Shown: piece after piece, positions 37,979-48,692 of the stretch | How the letters are laid out: the number at the start of each line of letters is the position of its first letter | Numbering within the stretch: the stretch's first letter is position 1 | Assembly: GCA_964490895.1 (NCBI GenBank) | Contig: CAZBEI010000118.1 | Coordinates: 482 to 64,481, forward strand | Source of the DNA: an uncultured Bdellovibrio sp. | GTDB taxonomy: Bacteria; Bdellovibrionota; UBA1018 | Direction of reading: 5' to 3' | Length of the DNA stretch: 64,000 nt | Program-made: the position numbers and the translations under genes | Notes under the pieces: model-generated | The model's input: the letters and a program-made list of their open reading frames with translations, nothing else | Told to the model about the DNA's origin: nothing | Database searches by the model: none

Positions 37979-38597
37979 TCTGAAACATTACGGATTTGCA
38001 GTTTTAATAGCTGTCTTTTTAGCACTTTTTATTCGTTTTTTTTTAATCGAAGCCTATCGCATACCGGTTGTAGCGATGAGGCCCACCCTAGAAGCAGGAG
38101 ACACTATTTTTGTATCCAAATGGGATTTTGGAATTTTTAAACGAAAGCCACGGTATGGCGAAGTCATTTTATTCTCGCCCCCAGAAGATCCAGGCGTGGA
38201 TTATATCAAACGAGTGGTCGGATTGTCGGGAGATACAGTAGAAATTAAAAACGGAAAAGTGATTCTAAATAGCCAAGTCTTGGAAGTGCCTACGAGCACA
38301 CAGTCGATATGTGGAAAAGAAAAAATTTTGGAGACGGTTTACCCCGTTTGCTGGGAACCCCCTTTGATTGAAGATCGAGAGCCACTAAAAATTCCACAAG
38401 ACTCTATTTTTGTGTTAGCCGATTTAAGGACTCAATTGCCCGGAAAGGCAAAGAGAGGATGGAGAGTGATCCCACTCTCTTCGCTCAAGGGCAAGCCCCG
38501 CTGGATTTGGTTGTCCATCACACCCTCTTTGCGCTCAGGAGAAAGTTCTTGGTTTTCTAGAATTAGGTTCGAAAGAATGTTTAGGGATATACAATGA
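37971..38597 (+). CDS. lepB: signal peptidase I
   Basis: 208 aa with Ser box GDTIFVSKWDFG and Lys box YIKRVVGLSGDTVEIKNGKVILN. Confidence 0.8.
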   Translation: MDILKHYGFAVLIAVFLALFIRFFLIEAYRIPVVAMRPTLEAGDTIFVSKWDFGIFKRKPRYGEVILFSPPEDPGVDYIKRVVGLSGDTVEIKNGKVILNSQVLEVPTSTQSICGKEKILETVYPVCWEPPLIEDREPLKIPQDSIFVLADLRTQLPGKAKRGWRVIPLSSLKGKPRWIWLSITPSLRSGESSWFSRIRFERMFRDIQ

Positions 38598-39523
38598 AAC
38601 GAGGGCTCTTAACGGCAGAGGAGTTAAGTCTAGAAGAAATTCGATTCTTACTAAAAGCCGCCAGAAAATTTTCGGCTGCAATGGATAAGGATAATGTCCC
38701 TCCTTTTTTATCAGGAAAAACAGTGGTGAATTTATTTTTCGAAAATTCGACCCGCACTCGAAGCTCATTTGAGTTGGCCACTCGAAAGTTGGGGGGGAGC
38801 ATTTTAAATTTTTCGTCAAGCACTTCGAGTGTTCAAAAGGGCGAATCACTCATTGATACAGCCAAAAATATCCAAGCCCTGCGGCCACATTGTATAGTGG
38901 TAAGACATGCTTCTGCAGGATCTCCGCAGGTTTTATCTCATTCCATTAGCATTCCAGTGATCAATGCAGGAGATGGCTTTCATGAGCACCCCACACAAGC
39001 CTTATTAGATGCCTACACAATCGAAGAAAAACTAGGGAGTATAGCTAAAAAAAGGGTTTTGATTTTAGGAGATATTGCACACAGCAGGGTCGCTCGCTCC
39101 AATATCCATTTGCTCAAAAAGCTAGGGGCTCACCTCTCGGTCTGTGGTCCTCCCACTTTACTTCCACCTGAACCCGAGTGTTTGGGAGTGGAGTATAGTT
39201 ATCATTTGGATGAACTCTTAAAAGATGCCGATGTGGTGATTGCTCTCCGAGTTCAACTCGAAAGACAAAATAAAATGCAAATTCCTACTTTGGCAGAGTA
39301 TTCGCGCTTTTGGGGCATCAGCAGTGATCGAGCAAAACTCATGAAGCCCAAAGCCATTTTACTCCATCCCGGCCCGGTCAACAGAGGAGTTGAGATCCAC
39401 TCCGAAGTTGCAGATGGGCCTTTCTCTGTCATTTTAGATCAAGTTTCTAATGGAATCGTGGTGCGCATGGCAGTTTTAGCTTCTGTCTGTGATTTCGAAG
39501 GAGTTCAAAAATGGATGAAATAA
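38594..39523 (+). CDS. pyrB: aspartate carbamoyltransferase catalytic subunit
   Basis: 309 aa with STRTRSSFE and HPGP (LLHPGPVNRG). Confidence 0.85.
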   Translation: MKRGLLTAEELSLEEIRFLLKAARKFSAAMDKDNVPPFLSGKTVVNLFFENSTRTRSSFELATRKLGGSILNFSSSTSSVQKGESLIDTAKNIQALRPHCIVVRHASAGSPQVLSHSISIPVINAGDGFHEHPTQALLDAYTIEEKLGSIAKKRVLILGDIAHSRVARSNIHLLKKLGAHLSVCGPPTLLPPEPECLGVEYSYHLDELLKDADVVIALRVQLERQNKMQIPTLAEYSRFWGISSDRAKLMKPKAILLHPGPVNRGVEIHSEVADGPFSVILDQVSNGIVVRMAVLASVCDFEGVQKWMK

Positions 39524-40821
39524 AGACTTTTCTCATCCGAGGAGGAAGGGTGATTGACCCTTCTCAAAATTTTGATTCCATTAGTGATCTTTATGTAGAG
39601 AATGGAAAAATCAAATATTTAGACAAAAAAGACCAGATCAAAGTCCCAAAAGGGATAAAAATTATAGATGCAAAAAATCATTGGGTACTTCCGGGTCTGA
39701 TAGACGTCCATGTCCACCTCAGAGAACCGGGGTTTGAATACAAAGAGACCATAGAAACCGGCACAAAGGCAGCTGTGGAGGGAGGGTTTACTTCAGTAGC
39801 GTGCATGGCAAATACACTGCCCGTCAATGACAGTCCTTCGATCACAGCTTATATTCGCGAAAAAGCAAAAGAGGTGGCTCTCTGCCGGGTGTTTCCAGTT
39901 GGAGCTTTAAGCAAAGGACTCAAAGGCGAGGAACTGGCAGAAATCGGAGGCATGATCAAAGAAGGTGCGCGTGCGATTAGTGACGATGGGATGCCTGTTA
40001 TGAACTCCTACCTCATGCGCAAGGCCTTAGACTATGTCAAAGCTTTTGGAGTTGCAGTGATCAGCCATGCAGAGGATAGCCATCTTGTTGGACAAGGAGT
40101 GATCAACGAGGGCCATTGTTCGACGAGGCTCGGTCTCCGCGGAAATCCAGCAGCTGCTGAGGAGATCATGGTAGCGCGCGAAATTGCGCTTTGCAGGCTT
40201 ACAAAATCTCGCGTGCACATTGCCCATATTTCAACTCAAATTGCGCTCGAGCATGTCAAAAGAGCTAAACAAGAAGGCCTCTTTGTCACTTGCGAAGTCT
40301 CTCCTCACCACCTCACCTTGACCGAAGATGAAGTCGGAGATTACGACACTCGTTTTAAAATGGCGCCCCCGCTTCGTTCTAAAACAGATGTCCATGCTTT
40401 GAGAGAAGCCTTGTCTCAAGGCATTATTGATATGATTGCCACCGATCATGCACCGCACGGGATCAACGACAAAGCCTTAGAGTTTGATCAAGCTGCGAAT
40501 GGAATCATTGGAGCTCAAACCGCTGTTCCAGTCACCCTCCAATTAGTCAAAGATAGAGTTTTGACCGTAAAACGCTGGGTCGAGGCCTTTACTGTTGCTC
40601 CTGCGGCGCTCCTCGGGGTTCCACACGGGAGCCTCAAAATAGGTAGGGATGCAGACATCACGATCCTCGATCCCAACGAAGAGTGGATTTTTAGTGAGGA
40701 TCAGATTTTGTCTAAGAGCAAAAACTCTCCTTTTTTAGGATGGACATTTAAAGGAAAAGTGAAAAAAACAATCGTGGGCGGGAGGATCGTCAATGAATGG
40801 CGTCTTAATACTACAAAATAA
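39511..40821 (+). CDS. pyrC: dihydroorotase (amidohydrolase, PyrC type)
   Basis: 436 aa with DVHVHLREPG and DHAPH. Confidence 0.8.
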   Translation: MDEIKTFLIRGGRVIDPSQNFDSISDLYVENGKIKYLDKKDQIKVPKGIKIIDAKNHWVLPGLIDVHVHLREPGFEYKETIETGTKAAVEGGFTSVACMANTLPVNDSPSITAYIREKAKEVALCRVFPVGALSKGLKGEELAEIGGMIKEGARAISDDGMPVMNSYLMRKALDYVKAFGVAVISHAEDSHLVGQGVINEGHCSTRLGLRGNPAAAEEIMVAREIALCRLTKSRVHIAHISTQIALEHVKRAKQEGLFVTCEVSPHHLTLTEDEVGDYDTRFKMAPPLRSKTDVHALREALSQGIIDMIATDHAPHGINDKALEFDQAANGIIGAQTAVPVTLQLVKDRVLTVKRWVEAFTVAPAALLGVPHGSLKIGRDADITILDPNEEWIFSEDQILSKSKNSPFLGWTFKGKVKKTIVGGRIVNEWRLNTTK

Positions 40822-41950
40822 TGAAGGGAAAGAAATTTTTTTTCCTGGGGTGCTCTTTGGTGCCCCGATTTCGAAAGACCTCATTTTAAGTAAAAAAGAC
40901 AAAGGCTATGGCGAAGTCGTTTTTAATACTTCTCTCTTTGGCTATCAAGAAATCCTCACTGACCCTTCTTATTATGGCCAAATCATTTCGATGACTGTGC
41001 CCCATGTAGGCAATACGGGGATTAATTTCGAAGATGAGGAGAGCGCCCGGATTTGGTGCGCAGGGTTTTTGATCCATGACTACTGCGAGGAACCCTCAAA
41101 CTGGAGATCCAAAGAAAGTTTAGATGTTTATTTAAAAAAAAATCAAATCCCAGGACTTTATGGCGTTGACACAAGAGCACTCACACGCCACTTGCGCAGC
41201 CTTGGAGTGGTGCGTGGGGTGATCTTGCCACTTGAGGAAAAACAATTTGGAAAAGAGCTTTTAGAAAAACTACCACCCTTCGAAGGCCGGGATCTGATTG
41301 CAGAAGTCACCTCTCGAGAGTCATATACTTGGCCACTCAAAAAAAGTAAGCGCCCCGCCGGAAAATATAAAGTAGTGGCTATTGATTATGGCTTGAAGTG
41401 GAATCTCTTGCGGAACCTAGAGGCCTTAGGTTGTGACATCGAAGTCGTTTCGGCAAAAGAAAGTGCACAGGCGATTTTAGCTCGAAAACCTCAGGGAGTT
41501 TTTCTATCCAACGGTCCAGGAGACCCCACTGCTGCTCCCTATGCAGTAGAGACAGTGAGAGAGCTCATTGGCAAAATCCCCATCTTTGGAGTTTGCATGG
41601 GGCACCAGATTTTAGCGCTAGCGCTGGGTGGAAAAACTTATAAGTTAAAGTTTGGACACCGTGGGAGCAATCAACCTGTTTTAGATCACTCCACAAAAAA
41701 AGTAGAAATCAGTTCTCACAACCATGGCTATTCAGTTGATGCCAGGACTTTGCCCAAAAATGTAACGCTCACTCACACCAATCTCAATGACCACACCGTA
41801 GAGGGTTTGAGTATTTTAGATCAATGGGCTTTTTCTGTGCAGTACCACCCAGAGGCTTGCCCCGGTCCCCATGATTCGGTCGGACTTTTTCGAAAGTTTA
41901 CGGAGTTGATGGAGATTCAGTCTCGATCTTCTGTTAAGGTGAGAATATGA
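40793..41950 (+). CDS. carA: carbamoyl-phosphate synthase small (glutaminase) subunit
   Basis: 385 aa with a CPSase small-chain N-domain and GATase triad motif GVCMGHQ. Confidence 0.85.
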   Translation: MNGVLILQNNEGKEIFFPGVLFGAPISKDLILSKKDKGYGEVVFNTSLFGYQEILTDPSYYGQIISMTVPHVGNTGINFEDEESARIWCAGFLIHDYCEEPSNWRSKESLDVYLKKNQIPGLYGVDTRALTRHLRSLGVVRGVILPLEEKQFGKELLEKLPPFEGRDLIAEVTSRESYTWPLKKSKRPAGKYKVVAIDYGLKWNLLRNLEALGCDIEVVSAKESAQAILARKPQGVFLSNGPGDPTAAPYAVETVRELIGKIPIFGVCMGHQILALALGGKTYKLKFGHRGSNQPVLDHSTKKVEISSHNHGYSVDARTLPKNVTLTHTNLNDHTVEGLSILDQWAFSVQYHPEACPGPHDSVGLFRKFTELMEIQSRSSVKVRI

Positions 41951-42960
41951 CCAAAAAAAAATTAAGGGTGGCTGTTTTGTTTGGCGGGAGATCCTCGGAA
42001 CACGAAATTTCGTTGCGATCGGCAGCTTTTGTGATTCGAAATTTAGACCCTACTCGCTTCGAAGTCGTTTCACTTTTGATTGATAAACAGGGAAAATGGC
42101 CAACAGCTTATCCCATAGGGTTGGATCAGAAACTCAATATTGATGTTATTTTTCCTGTTTTGCATGGTCCTATGGGAGAAGATGGAACCGTTCAGGGTTT
42201 TTTAGAGTTGGCAGAAATCCCCTATGTGGGCTCAGGAGTTTTAGCTTCTGCACTCGGAATGGACAAAGAAAAGGCAAAACGGCTGGCTCGAGATGCGGGA
42301 TTTCCGGTGGTGCCTTTTCAAGTTTTACGAAATTCTTTTTCAGAAAAAATAGAACCAGAAAAAATAGAAATGAATTTCCCTCTTTTCGTCAAACCCGCCA
42401 ACATGGGCTCAAGTGTGGGGGTGCATAAAGTTAAAAACGAAGCAGAGCTCAAAGAAGCCTTAAAAGACGCTTTTCTCTACGATTCGAAAGTTTTAGTCGA
42501 AAAAGCAATTGTAGGGAGAGAAATTGAGGTCTCTGTATTAGAGGATCAAGACACATCACACCCCCCCCTTGTGAGTATTCCTGGAGAAGTCATCCCGAGC
42601 CATGAGTTTTATTCGTACGAAGCCAAATATTTGGACGAAAATGGGGCGCAATACATTATTCCAGCTCAATTGACTCCCGATCAAGTGAAAAGAGCTCAAG
42701 AAATTGCAAGAGGAGTGTTTCTGGCTTTGGATTGCGAAGGCATGGGAAGAGTGGATTTGTTTTTAGAAAAAAGCACAGGCCAGTTTTATTTTAATGAGAT
42801 CAATACCATCCCTGGTTTTACATCCATCAGTATGTATCCCAAACTTTGGGAGTACAGTGGAATTTCGAATCATGAGCTTTTGTCTAGACTGGTGGATTTA
42901 GCGATCGTATCCCATGCCAGGAAAAAGCGACTTCGACGAGATTACGCGACTTCTGCTTGA
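41947..42960 (+). CDS. ddl: D-alanine--D-alanine ligase
   Basis: 337 aa with VAVLFGGRSSEHEISLRSA and an ATP-grasp C-terminus. carB is not adjacent. Confidence 0.85.
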   Translation: MTKKKLRVAVLFGGRSSEHEISLRSAAFVIRNLDPTRFEVVSLLIDKQGKWPTAYPIGLDQKLNIDVIFPVLHGPMGEDGTVQGFLELAEIPYVGSGVLASALGMDKEKAKRLARDAGFPVVPFQVLRNSFSEKIEPEKIEMNFPLFVKPANMGSSVGVHKVKNEAELKEALKDAFLYDSKVLVEKAIVGREIEVSVLEDQDTSHPPLVSIPGEVIPSHEFYSYEAKYLDENGAQYIIPAQLTPDQVKRAQEIARGVFLALDCEGMGRVDLFLEKSTGQFYFNEINTIPGFTSISMYPKLWEYSGISNHELLSRLVDLAIVSHARKKRLRRDYATSA

Positions 42961-45218
42961 ACCACTTCTATAAATCCACACTCCTTTTGTGGGCATTTGT
43001 GGATCAGTCCTTGTCGTTTCGTCAGTTTTTCTGTCAAAATGGGAAACTGACATTGTGGACAAGCTTTGACGAGGGGCTTGTCCCAAATGGCAAAAGCACA
43101 ATCGGGCCAACGGTTGCAACTATAAAAAACCTTTCGAAATCGGGATTGCCTTTGAGCTAGTTCTCCAATTTGACAAGTGGGACACGCAATGCCCAATGTC
43201 ACTGGCATTGTAAACTTACAGTTAGGATAGTCGCTGCAGGCTAGGAATTTTCCAAATTTTCCATTTTTAACAATCATTGCGTTTTCACATTTAGTGCATT
43301 TTTTGTCCGTATACTCTTTTGGAATAATTTGAATTTTTCCAGCTTCATCTTTTTTAAAGTCCTGAGTATTTTTACACTCAGGATAGTTGGAGCAGGCCAA
43401 AAAAGAACCCATCTTTCCCCATTTGATGAGCATGATATTTTTACATTTTTCGCATTCAATGTCTGTTTTGATCTCCTGAACTTTTAAGTTTTTCATTTGG
43501 ACTTTAGCTTTTTCTAAAGTCTTCTCGAAAGGAACCCAAAAATCCCCCAGTGTTTTTTTTAGGTTGCCCCCGCCTTCCTCGATGGCATCTAATTTATTTT
43601 CCATTTCGGCTGTGAATTCAGCATTCAAAATTTCAGGGAAAGAAGCGTTTAAGAGTTCGTCCACCACTTGCCCTAACTCTGTTGGAAAATAGCGGCTATC
43701 TCTTTTTTCGACATACTCTCGGTCCTGGATGTTGGAAAGAATGGCGGCATAAGTAGAGGGACGTCCAATGCCTTTTTCTTCGAGTTCACGAATGAGGGAT
43801 GCATCGGTATAATGTGGCGGAGGCTGAGTAAAATGTTGGGAGGGTGTGAATTTTTTTGCATTCACGAGGTCCCCTGCTTTAAGGGGCGGTAGTTTTAGAA
43901 TTTTTTCTGCATTTTCGTTAGATTTGTCGTCCTCTTGGCTTTCCGTATAAACAACAGTAAACCCAGGAAATTTCATCACTGAGCCCGTAGCGCGAAAAAT
44001 CTGTGCATTGCCAAGAGTGTCTTTGGTCTGAACATCCACTGCAGTCTGATCGTAAATGGCGGGGTTCATTTGGGAGGCTACATAACGGTTCCAAACGAGC
44101 TGGTAGAGTCTGAAGACATCTTTTTCTAGAAAACCCTGAATTTTTTCGGGATGAAATTCGAGGGAGGTGGGGCGGATGGCTTCGTGTGCATCTTGTGCCC
44201 CTTTTTTTGTTTTATAAAAATGAGGTTCCGTGGGGAGGTATTCGTTCCCGTAGTTTGACTTAATATAATCTCTCAAGCTTGTGAGCGCGCCCGGTTCCAC
44301 TCGCACAGAGTCTGTTCTCATATAAGTGATCAAGCCGTGCGTGCCAAAATCACCTAAGTCTATACCCTCGTAGAGTTGCTGAGCTAGAGCCATCGTTTTT
44401 TTTGCGCTGAACCCAAGTTTTCTTGAGGCATCTTGCTGCAGGCGGCTGGTGATAAAAGGCGGGGTTGATTTTCTTGTTCTCTCTTTTTGTTCGATGGACT
44501 TGATTTCCCAGGGACAGTTTTTGATGGCTTTCAAAAGGGTTTCGACATCCGCTTGATTTTTTAATTCAGGGTCCTTGCCATTTGTTTTAAATAGGCTGGC
44601 TTCGAGTTCAAAATCTTCCTTTGTAAAAAGTCCGTCGATCTCCCAATATTCTTCGGACTTAAATGCCTTAATTTCTTTTTCGCGATCCACGACAAATTTG
44701 ACAGCCACAGATTGCACTCTTCCGGCAGATAGGCCACGTCTTACTTTGTCCCAAAGCAATGGACTGATTTTATATCCGACAAGTCGATCCAGAATTCTTC
44801 TGGCTTGCTGGGCCTCGTACAAGTTTTCGTTGAGTTCTGTGGGGTTAGCTATGGCATGCAAGACGGAGGGTTTTGTGATGGCGTTGATTAAAACGCGATA
44901 GATTTTTTTCCCTTTCCCTTTGAGCTCTTCGCTAATATGGAAGGCGATGGCTTCCCCTTCTCTATCAGGGTCAGTGGCGATGTAGAGGTTTTGCGTCGTT
45001 TCGGCAGCCTTTTTTAATTCACTGATGATTTTTACTTTTGATGGGATAACCTGATAATCGACTTTAAAGCCTTTGTCTGGATCTACTCCCAGTTTTGATT
45101 TGGGGAGGTCTTTGATGTGTCCCACACTTGCTTTGACGGTATAATCCCTTCCTAAATATTTTTGAATGGTTTTTGCCTTGGAGGGGGATTCAACGATGAT
45201 GAGTCCTTTTTTAGCCAT
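42942..45218 (-). CDS. topA: DNA topoisomerase I with C-terminal zinc ribbons
   Basis: 758 aa with TOPRIM, active-site region YITYMRTDS and four C4 zinc-ribbon repeats. Confidence 0.9.
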   Translation of the reverse strand: MAKKGLIIVESPSKAKTIQKYLGRDYTVKASVGHIKDLPKSKLGVDPDKGFKVDYQVIPSKVKIISELKKAAETTQNLYIATDPDREGEAIAFHISEELKGKGKKIYRVLINAITKPSVLHAIANPTELNENLYEAQQARRILDRLVGYKISPLLWDKVRRGLSAGRVQSVAVKFVVDREKEIKAFKSEEYWEIDGLFTKEDFELEASLFKTNGKDPELKNQADVETLLKAIKNCPWEIKSIEQKERTRKSTPPFITSRLQQDASRKLGFSAKKTMALAQQLYEGIDLGDFGTHGLITYMRTDSVRVEPGALTSLRDYIKSNYGNEYLPTEPHFYKTKKGAQDAHEAIRPTSLEFHPEKIQGFLEKDVFRLYQLVWNRYVASQMNPAIYDQTAVDVQTKDTLGNAQIFRATGSVMKFPGFTVVYTESQEDDKSNENAEKILKLPPLKAGDLVNAKKFTPSQHFTQPPPHYTDASLIRELEEKGIGRPSTYAAILSNIQDREYVEKRDSRYFPTELGQVVDELLNASFPEILNAEFTAEMENKLDAIEEGGGNLKKTLGDFWVPFEKTLEKAKVQMKNLKVQEIKTDIECEKCKNIMLIKWGKMGSFLACSNYPECKNTQDFKKDEAGKIQIIPKEYTDKKCTKCENAMIVKNGKFGKFLACSDYPNCKFTMPVTLGIACPTCQIGELAQRQSRFRKVFYSCNRWPDCAFAIWDKPLVKACPQCQFPILTEKLTKRQGLIHKCPQKECGFIEVVQAEVA

Positions 45219-45227
45219 AGGTTAACT

Positions 45228-46148
45228 CTAATCGCAAACAGACCTATTTTTCAAGAGAAGTCCTTTGTGTTCAATCAAATAACCTCTTTTTGCTAAACTT
45301 TCTAAGAGAGCAAAGAATTTTTGAGAACTCCAATGGACAGACAGTGCCCAGTCGAGGAGGTCTTCAATTTGCGCTCCTCCAAAAAGAGTAAGGAGTGCGT
45401 CTATTTTAGACATCACTTTTTTTTCGTCTGAGGACAGTTCTAAGATGCGGAGACTGCTGCTTTTGTGTGTAGCCAGTTCAAGCCAAGTTGATCCAAAACT
45501 GTGAATTCCCCAAACTGCAGTGGCAAAACCATCGTCTAAGAGTTTTTGATTTCCAGCTAAACATGTATCATGGGGATAACACGGGGTGACGTAACAGGTG
45601 CGGCCAGACTCTTTGGCCCACTCCGCCGTGTTTAGAGCTCCAGATTTCTCTGGTGCTTCTACAACCCATGTCGCTTTCGAAAGCCCAGCAATGAGCCGGT
45701 TTCTTCTTAAAAACTGATAAGGGAGGATTTTTGTTCCCAGGGGGAGTTCACTGATGAGTAATCCGTCTTGGGCCAAAATTTTGGTTTTCAATTCCTGGTG
45801 TTCGTACGGATAGCAGACGTCAAGTCCGGATCCTAGAATCGCAATGGTGGGCAGTCCCGCCTCGAGCGCTGCTTGGTGGGCGGAGCCGTCTACCCCCCTC
45901 GCAAATCCAGATATAATAACAAGCGGAGTGCCTCTCAGTTCTAAAATGCATTGGCGTAAAAATTGAATTGAGCGAGGAGTGGGGTTCCTCGTGCCCACTA
46001 CAGAAAGTCCTCTCTCTGGCAAGTCCGCTAAGAGTCCAAGTGCTTTTTTGCTTCCTTCGACATAAAGAATTTTCGGGGGGTATTTTATCCCCCAATTGGG
46101 GTCGGGGTGGATTTCGAATTGGGGCATAGAGTCTAAAGTGAAGCACAA
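45228..46148 (-). CDS. dprA: DNA processing protein DprA (Smf)
   Basis: 306 aa with a Rossmann-like DprA core (VVSGFARGVDGSAHQAALEAG, RNRLIAGLS). Confidence 0.8.
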   Translation of the reverse strand: MCFTLDSMPQFEIHPDPNWGIKYPPKILYVEGSKKALGLLADLPERGLSVVGTRNPTPRSIQFLRQCILELRGTPLVIISGFARGVDGSAHQAALEAGLPTIAILGSGLDVCYPYEHQELKTKILAQDGLLISELPLGTKILPYQFLRRNRLIAGLSKATWVVEAPEKSGALNTAEWAKESGRTCYVTPCYPHDTCLAGNQKLLDDGFATAVWGIHSFGSTWLELATHKSSSLRILELSSDEKKVMSKIDALLTLFGGAQIEDLLDWALSVHWSSQKFFALLESLAKRGYLIEHKGLLLKNRSVCD

Positions 46149-46162
46149 AGTGTGCCATGCAT

Positions 46163-47746
46163 TTAGATTGTTGGGATGTCCTCGAGAGGAGGTGGGGGCT
46201 CTGGAGGAGGTGGTGGTTCGTCATCGAGAGATTGGATGTCATCAGATTTTGGAGCATCTTTTGGAGTATCTGGTGGAGTATCTGGCTGAATATCTGGCTG
46301 AATATCTGGTTGAATATCTGGGGTGGGTTCTTGTGGAATTTCCTCTGGGAGCTTGGTTTCCTCTAAAGGTTTGAGTTCTTCGGGTGGTTTTTCTTTCCAG
46401 TTTTCAAGTTGTTTCAGTTCCTTTTTTTCAGAGTCATTTAAGTCTTCGCCGTTGTCGAGTTGATCTAAGTCGTCTGCTTTTTCTAGTTCTTGCTCTTTGG
46501 GCTCTGTTTTACCCAATTCTTTTTCTAAAAATCCTCGGCGTTTATACACATCAGATATATCGGTGAGGAGAGTGACGGGTGTGTCTTGATAAATGGGATT
46601 CAAACTTTTGATGACCAGCCCCACAGAATATTGTTCTGAGACATACAACACTAAAATATCTGCATTGATTATAAAGTTTGCGTTTGTAATATATTTTTCA
46701 TTCGAAGGATCTTGATACTGATAGGCGCGAAAAACCATCCCGGGCAAAATACCATCCACAGACCCTCGATCCACAAAAACTTGTTTGTGTTGTGCCAGGG
46801 TGGTTGTAGAAAGGGTTTTATCGACAAGCACTGTAGCTGTGAGTGGCTCTGGAGCAGGAATAGGGGTAATGTTTTTTGCCTTTGGAGGGAGAGGGATTAA
46901 AGAATTTCCTCTTTTTACAGCGCTAATACCACTCAATAATTTTCCGATGTATAAACTGTCATTGAATCCGAGGATCTCGACTTTAGATAAAATGTGATAG
47001 GAATATCCACTTCGATCAGATTCTTTCACAGAAAGGGTAGTGGGATCTTCTGTCACAGCATAAATTTCGCCTTTAGTTAATTTTTCAGTACTTTCAATGA
47101 AAACGGTATCCATGAAACTCAGGAGTCCCCCCGGGCTAGTGGAACCGATGATGTTCCCAAGTGTCGTGAGCTTATGGATGGATGGAATAGCTATGAGCTC
47201 AAAACCGGTGTGAACGTTAAATGCAATTTTATTTCTACGATCAAACCCATCTGGATCAATTTCTTGGGGCAGTCTGACAGATACACTCTCCCAAGACTGA
47301 GGAGCAAGGTTGCGCCATTCTTCCGAAGCTCCAGAGCGAGAAATGAGGATGGGGGTGTCTTGCTCTAGGGTGGGAGAAGCCCCTTTGGGTGTTTCTTTGA
47401 GGCTCAGTGTCGGAAGTGAAGTCCCCGTGCCTCCTGTAAAAGTGATGATGTTTTTAGGTTTAATAAGGTGCGGATTCGTAATCGATCTGTTGTTTAAGGC
47501 CCAGATTTTAGGCCAGTATTTCGGATCTCCAAAGAGCATTTTGGAGATCCCCCAAAGCGTATCTCCTTTAGAAATTTCATAGTTCTGGCTCTCTTTTTCG
47601 CCCGCGATGGATTTCCATTGCTCGTCGGCAATCGGTCTAAGGCGAGCTCCAATCACCAGGCTTTCTTGTTCTGGAGATTTTCTAAGCTCTGAAGCAGTGG
47701 CGGCGAGTGAAGCGAAAAGAAGGAAAAAAGTGAAAATGATGTTCAT
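46163..47746 (-). CDS. LysM-domain protein with acidic and Pro-rich C-terminal repeats
   Basis: 527 aa with a signal peptide, LysM (ISKGDTLWGISKMLFGDPKYWPKIWALN), and a C-terminal (PDIQ)3(PDTP)2 then PPPPPEPPPP. Confidence 0.7.
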   Translation of the reverse strand: MNIIFTFFLLFASLAATASELRKSPEQESLVIGARLRPIADEQWKSIAGEKESQNYEISKGDTLWGISKMLFGDPKYWPKIWALNNRSITNPHLIKPKNIITFTGGTGTSLPTLSLKETPKGASPTLEQDTPILISRSGASEEWRNLAPQSWESVSVRLPQEIDPDGFDRRNKIAFNVHTGFELIAIPSIHKLTTLGNIIGSTSPGGLLSFMDTVFIESTEKLTKGEIYAVTEDPTTLSVKESDRSGYSYHILSKVEILGFNDSLYIGKLLSGISAVKRGNSLIPLPPKAKNITPIPAPEPLTATVLVDKTLSTTTLAQHKQVFVDRGSVDGILPGMVFRAYQYQDPSNEKYITNANFIINADILVLYVSEQYSVGLVIKSLNPIYQDTPVTLLTDISDVYKRRGFLEKELGKTEPKEQELEKADDLDQLDNGEDLNDSEKKELKQLENWKEKPPEELKPLEETKLPEEIPQEPTPDIQPDIQPDIQPDTPPDTPKDAPKSDDIQSLDDEPPPPPEPPPPLEDIPTI

Positions 47747-48405
47747 TGGGTTTCTGGTACAGTTGGGGGGGGGGTGTCCAGAGGGAGGGCTTGATCCTCA
47801 TGTTGAGGAGATGCTGGAAAAAGAGTCGAGAGCAGGTGCCGGTATTTTATAGCATCCTCTGAGTTTTGAAGGTGATCCGAAGTCACCGCCATTTGCTGTA
47901 ATGTATCTGGCAGGCTTGGACTTTGTTCGTAAGATTTGATGACTTTGGAATATTCTTGGAGCGCTAATTTGTATTCATTTTGTTTAAAATAACACTCTCC
48001 TATATAAAACTGAGCATTTCCTGAAAAAATGTGGTCCGGGTATTTTTCGATAAAAGAAGCAAATACTAAGGAGGCCTCCGGGAATTTTTTCGAATGAAAT
48101 AAAATCAAAGCAGTTCTATAATTTTGAATCGCTGTGTCTTTAATAAATCCAGCCTCAGGATCTTCCTTGGCCTCTGGCATTTCTACTGGCTTTCCGTGGT
48201 GGAGGGTGGGTTCTTCTAAAGTGGAATTGACTTGCGTGTTCACACGTTTTGTCTCCAAAGAATCAATGCGAGCTTTGAGTTTTTCGATTTCCTTATTGAG
48301 ATCTGAGACAGGCTGCTCGCTGGGTTCTGGTTTTTTTGAAGAGTGAGCACACCCAGAAAAAATTCCAAATAAAAACAAAAATAGGATATAAACACGTAGC
48401 AACAT
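47743..48405 (-). CDS. YbgF/CpoB-like coiled-coil plus TPR lipoprotein
   Basis: 220 aa with lipobox FSGC, a coiled coil (KEIEKLKARIDSLETKR) and a C-terminal TPR region. Confidence 0.5.
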   Translation of the reverse strand: MLLRVYILFLFLFGIFSGCAHSSKKPEPSEQPVSDLNKEIEKLKARIDSLETKRVNTQVNSTLEEPTLHHGKPVEMPEAKEDPEAGFIKDTAIQNYRTALILFHSKKFPEASLVFASFIEKYPDHIFSGNAQFYIGECYFKQNEYKLALQEYSKVIKSYEQSPSLPDTLQQMAVTSDHLQNSEDAIKYRHLLSTLFPASPQHEDQALPLDTPPPTVPETQ

Positions 48406-48461
48406 GAACCCCCTGACGAACCCCTGACTCTAAGGATAACAGCCCTTTGGAATAGAGCAAG

Positions 48462-48692
48462 ATGGAGTGTATGCAAGCCATAAAAAAACAGATTAGAGTT
48501 TCCAAACAGGATTCTGCATTTGTCTATGCTATTTTAGAGTCTCATGAGGGGATTTGTAGTTATTCGACGTTAGATTTTCAGTTACAAGATGCCCATCGAG
48601 ATTTGGAACTCACCATTCCTGTCTGGTTTTTGACAGAATGTGAGTGGGTTTTAGGGGAATTAGGAGACATCATTTATGAAATTAGAACTTGA
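48462..48692 (+). CDS. small hypothetical protein
   Basis: 76 aa overlapping the tldD start by 17 nt. Coding status is uncertain. Confidence 0.25.
   Translation: MECMQAIKKQIRVSKQDSAFVYAILESHEGICSYSTLDFQLQDAHRDLELTIPVWFLTECEWVLGELGDIIYEIRT

Noticed and set aside
46096-46374. plus-strand ORFs with EYLVEYLAEYL and WSIWLNIWLNIW repeats
   Set aside because: They are antisense or frame-shifted readings of the LysM-protein PDIQ repeat.
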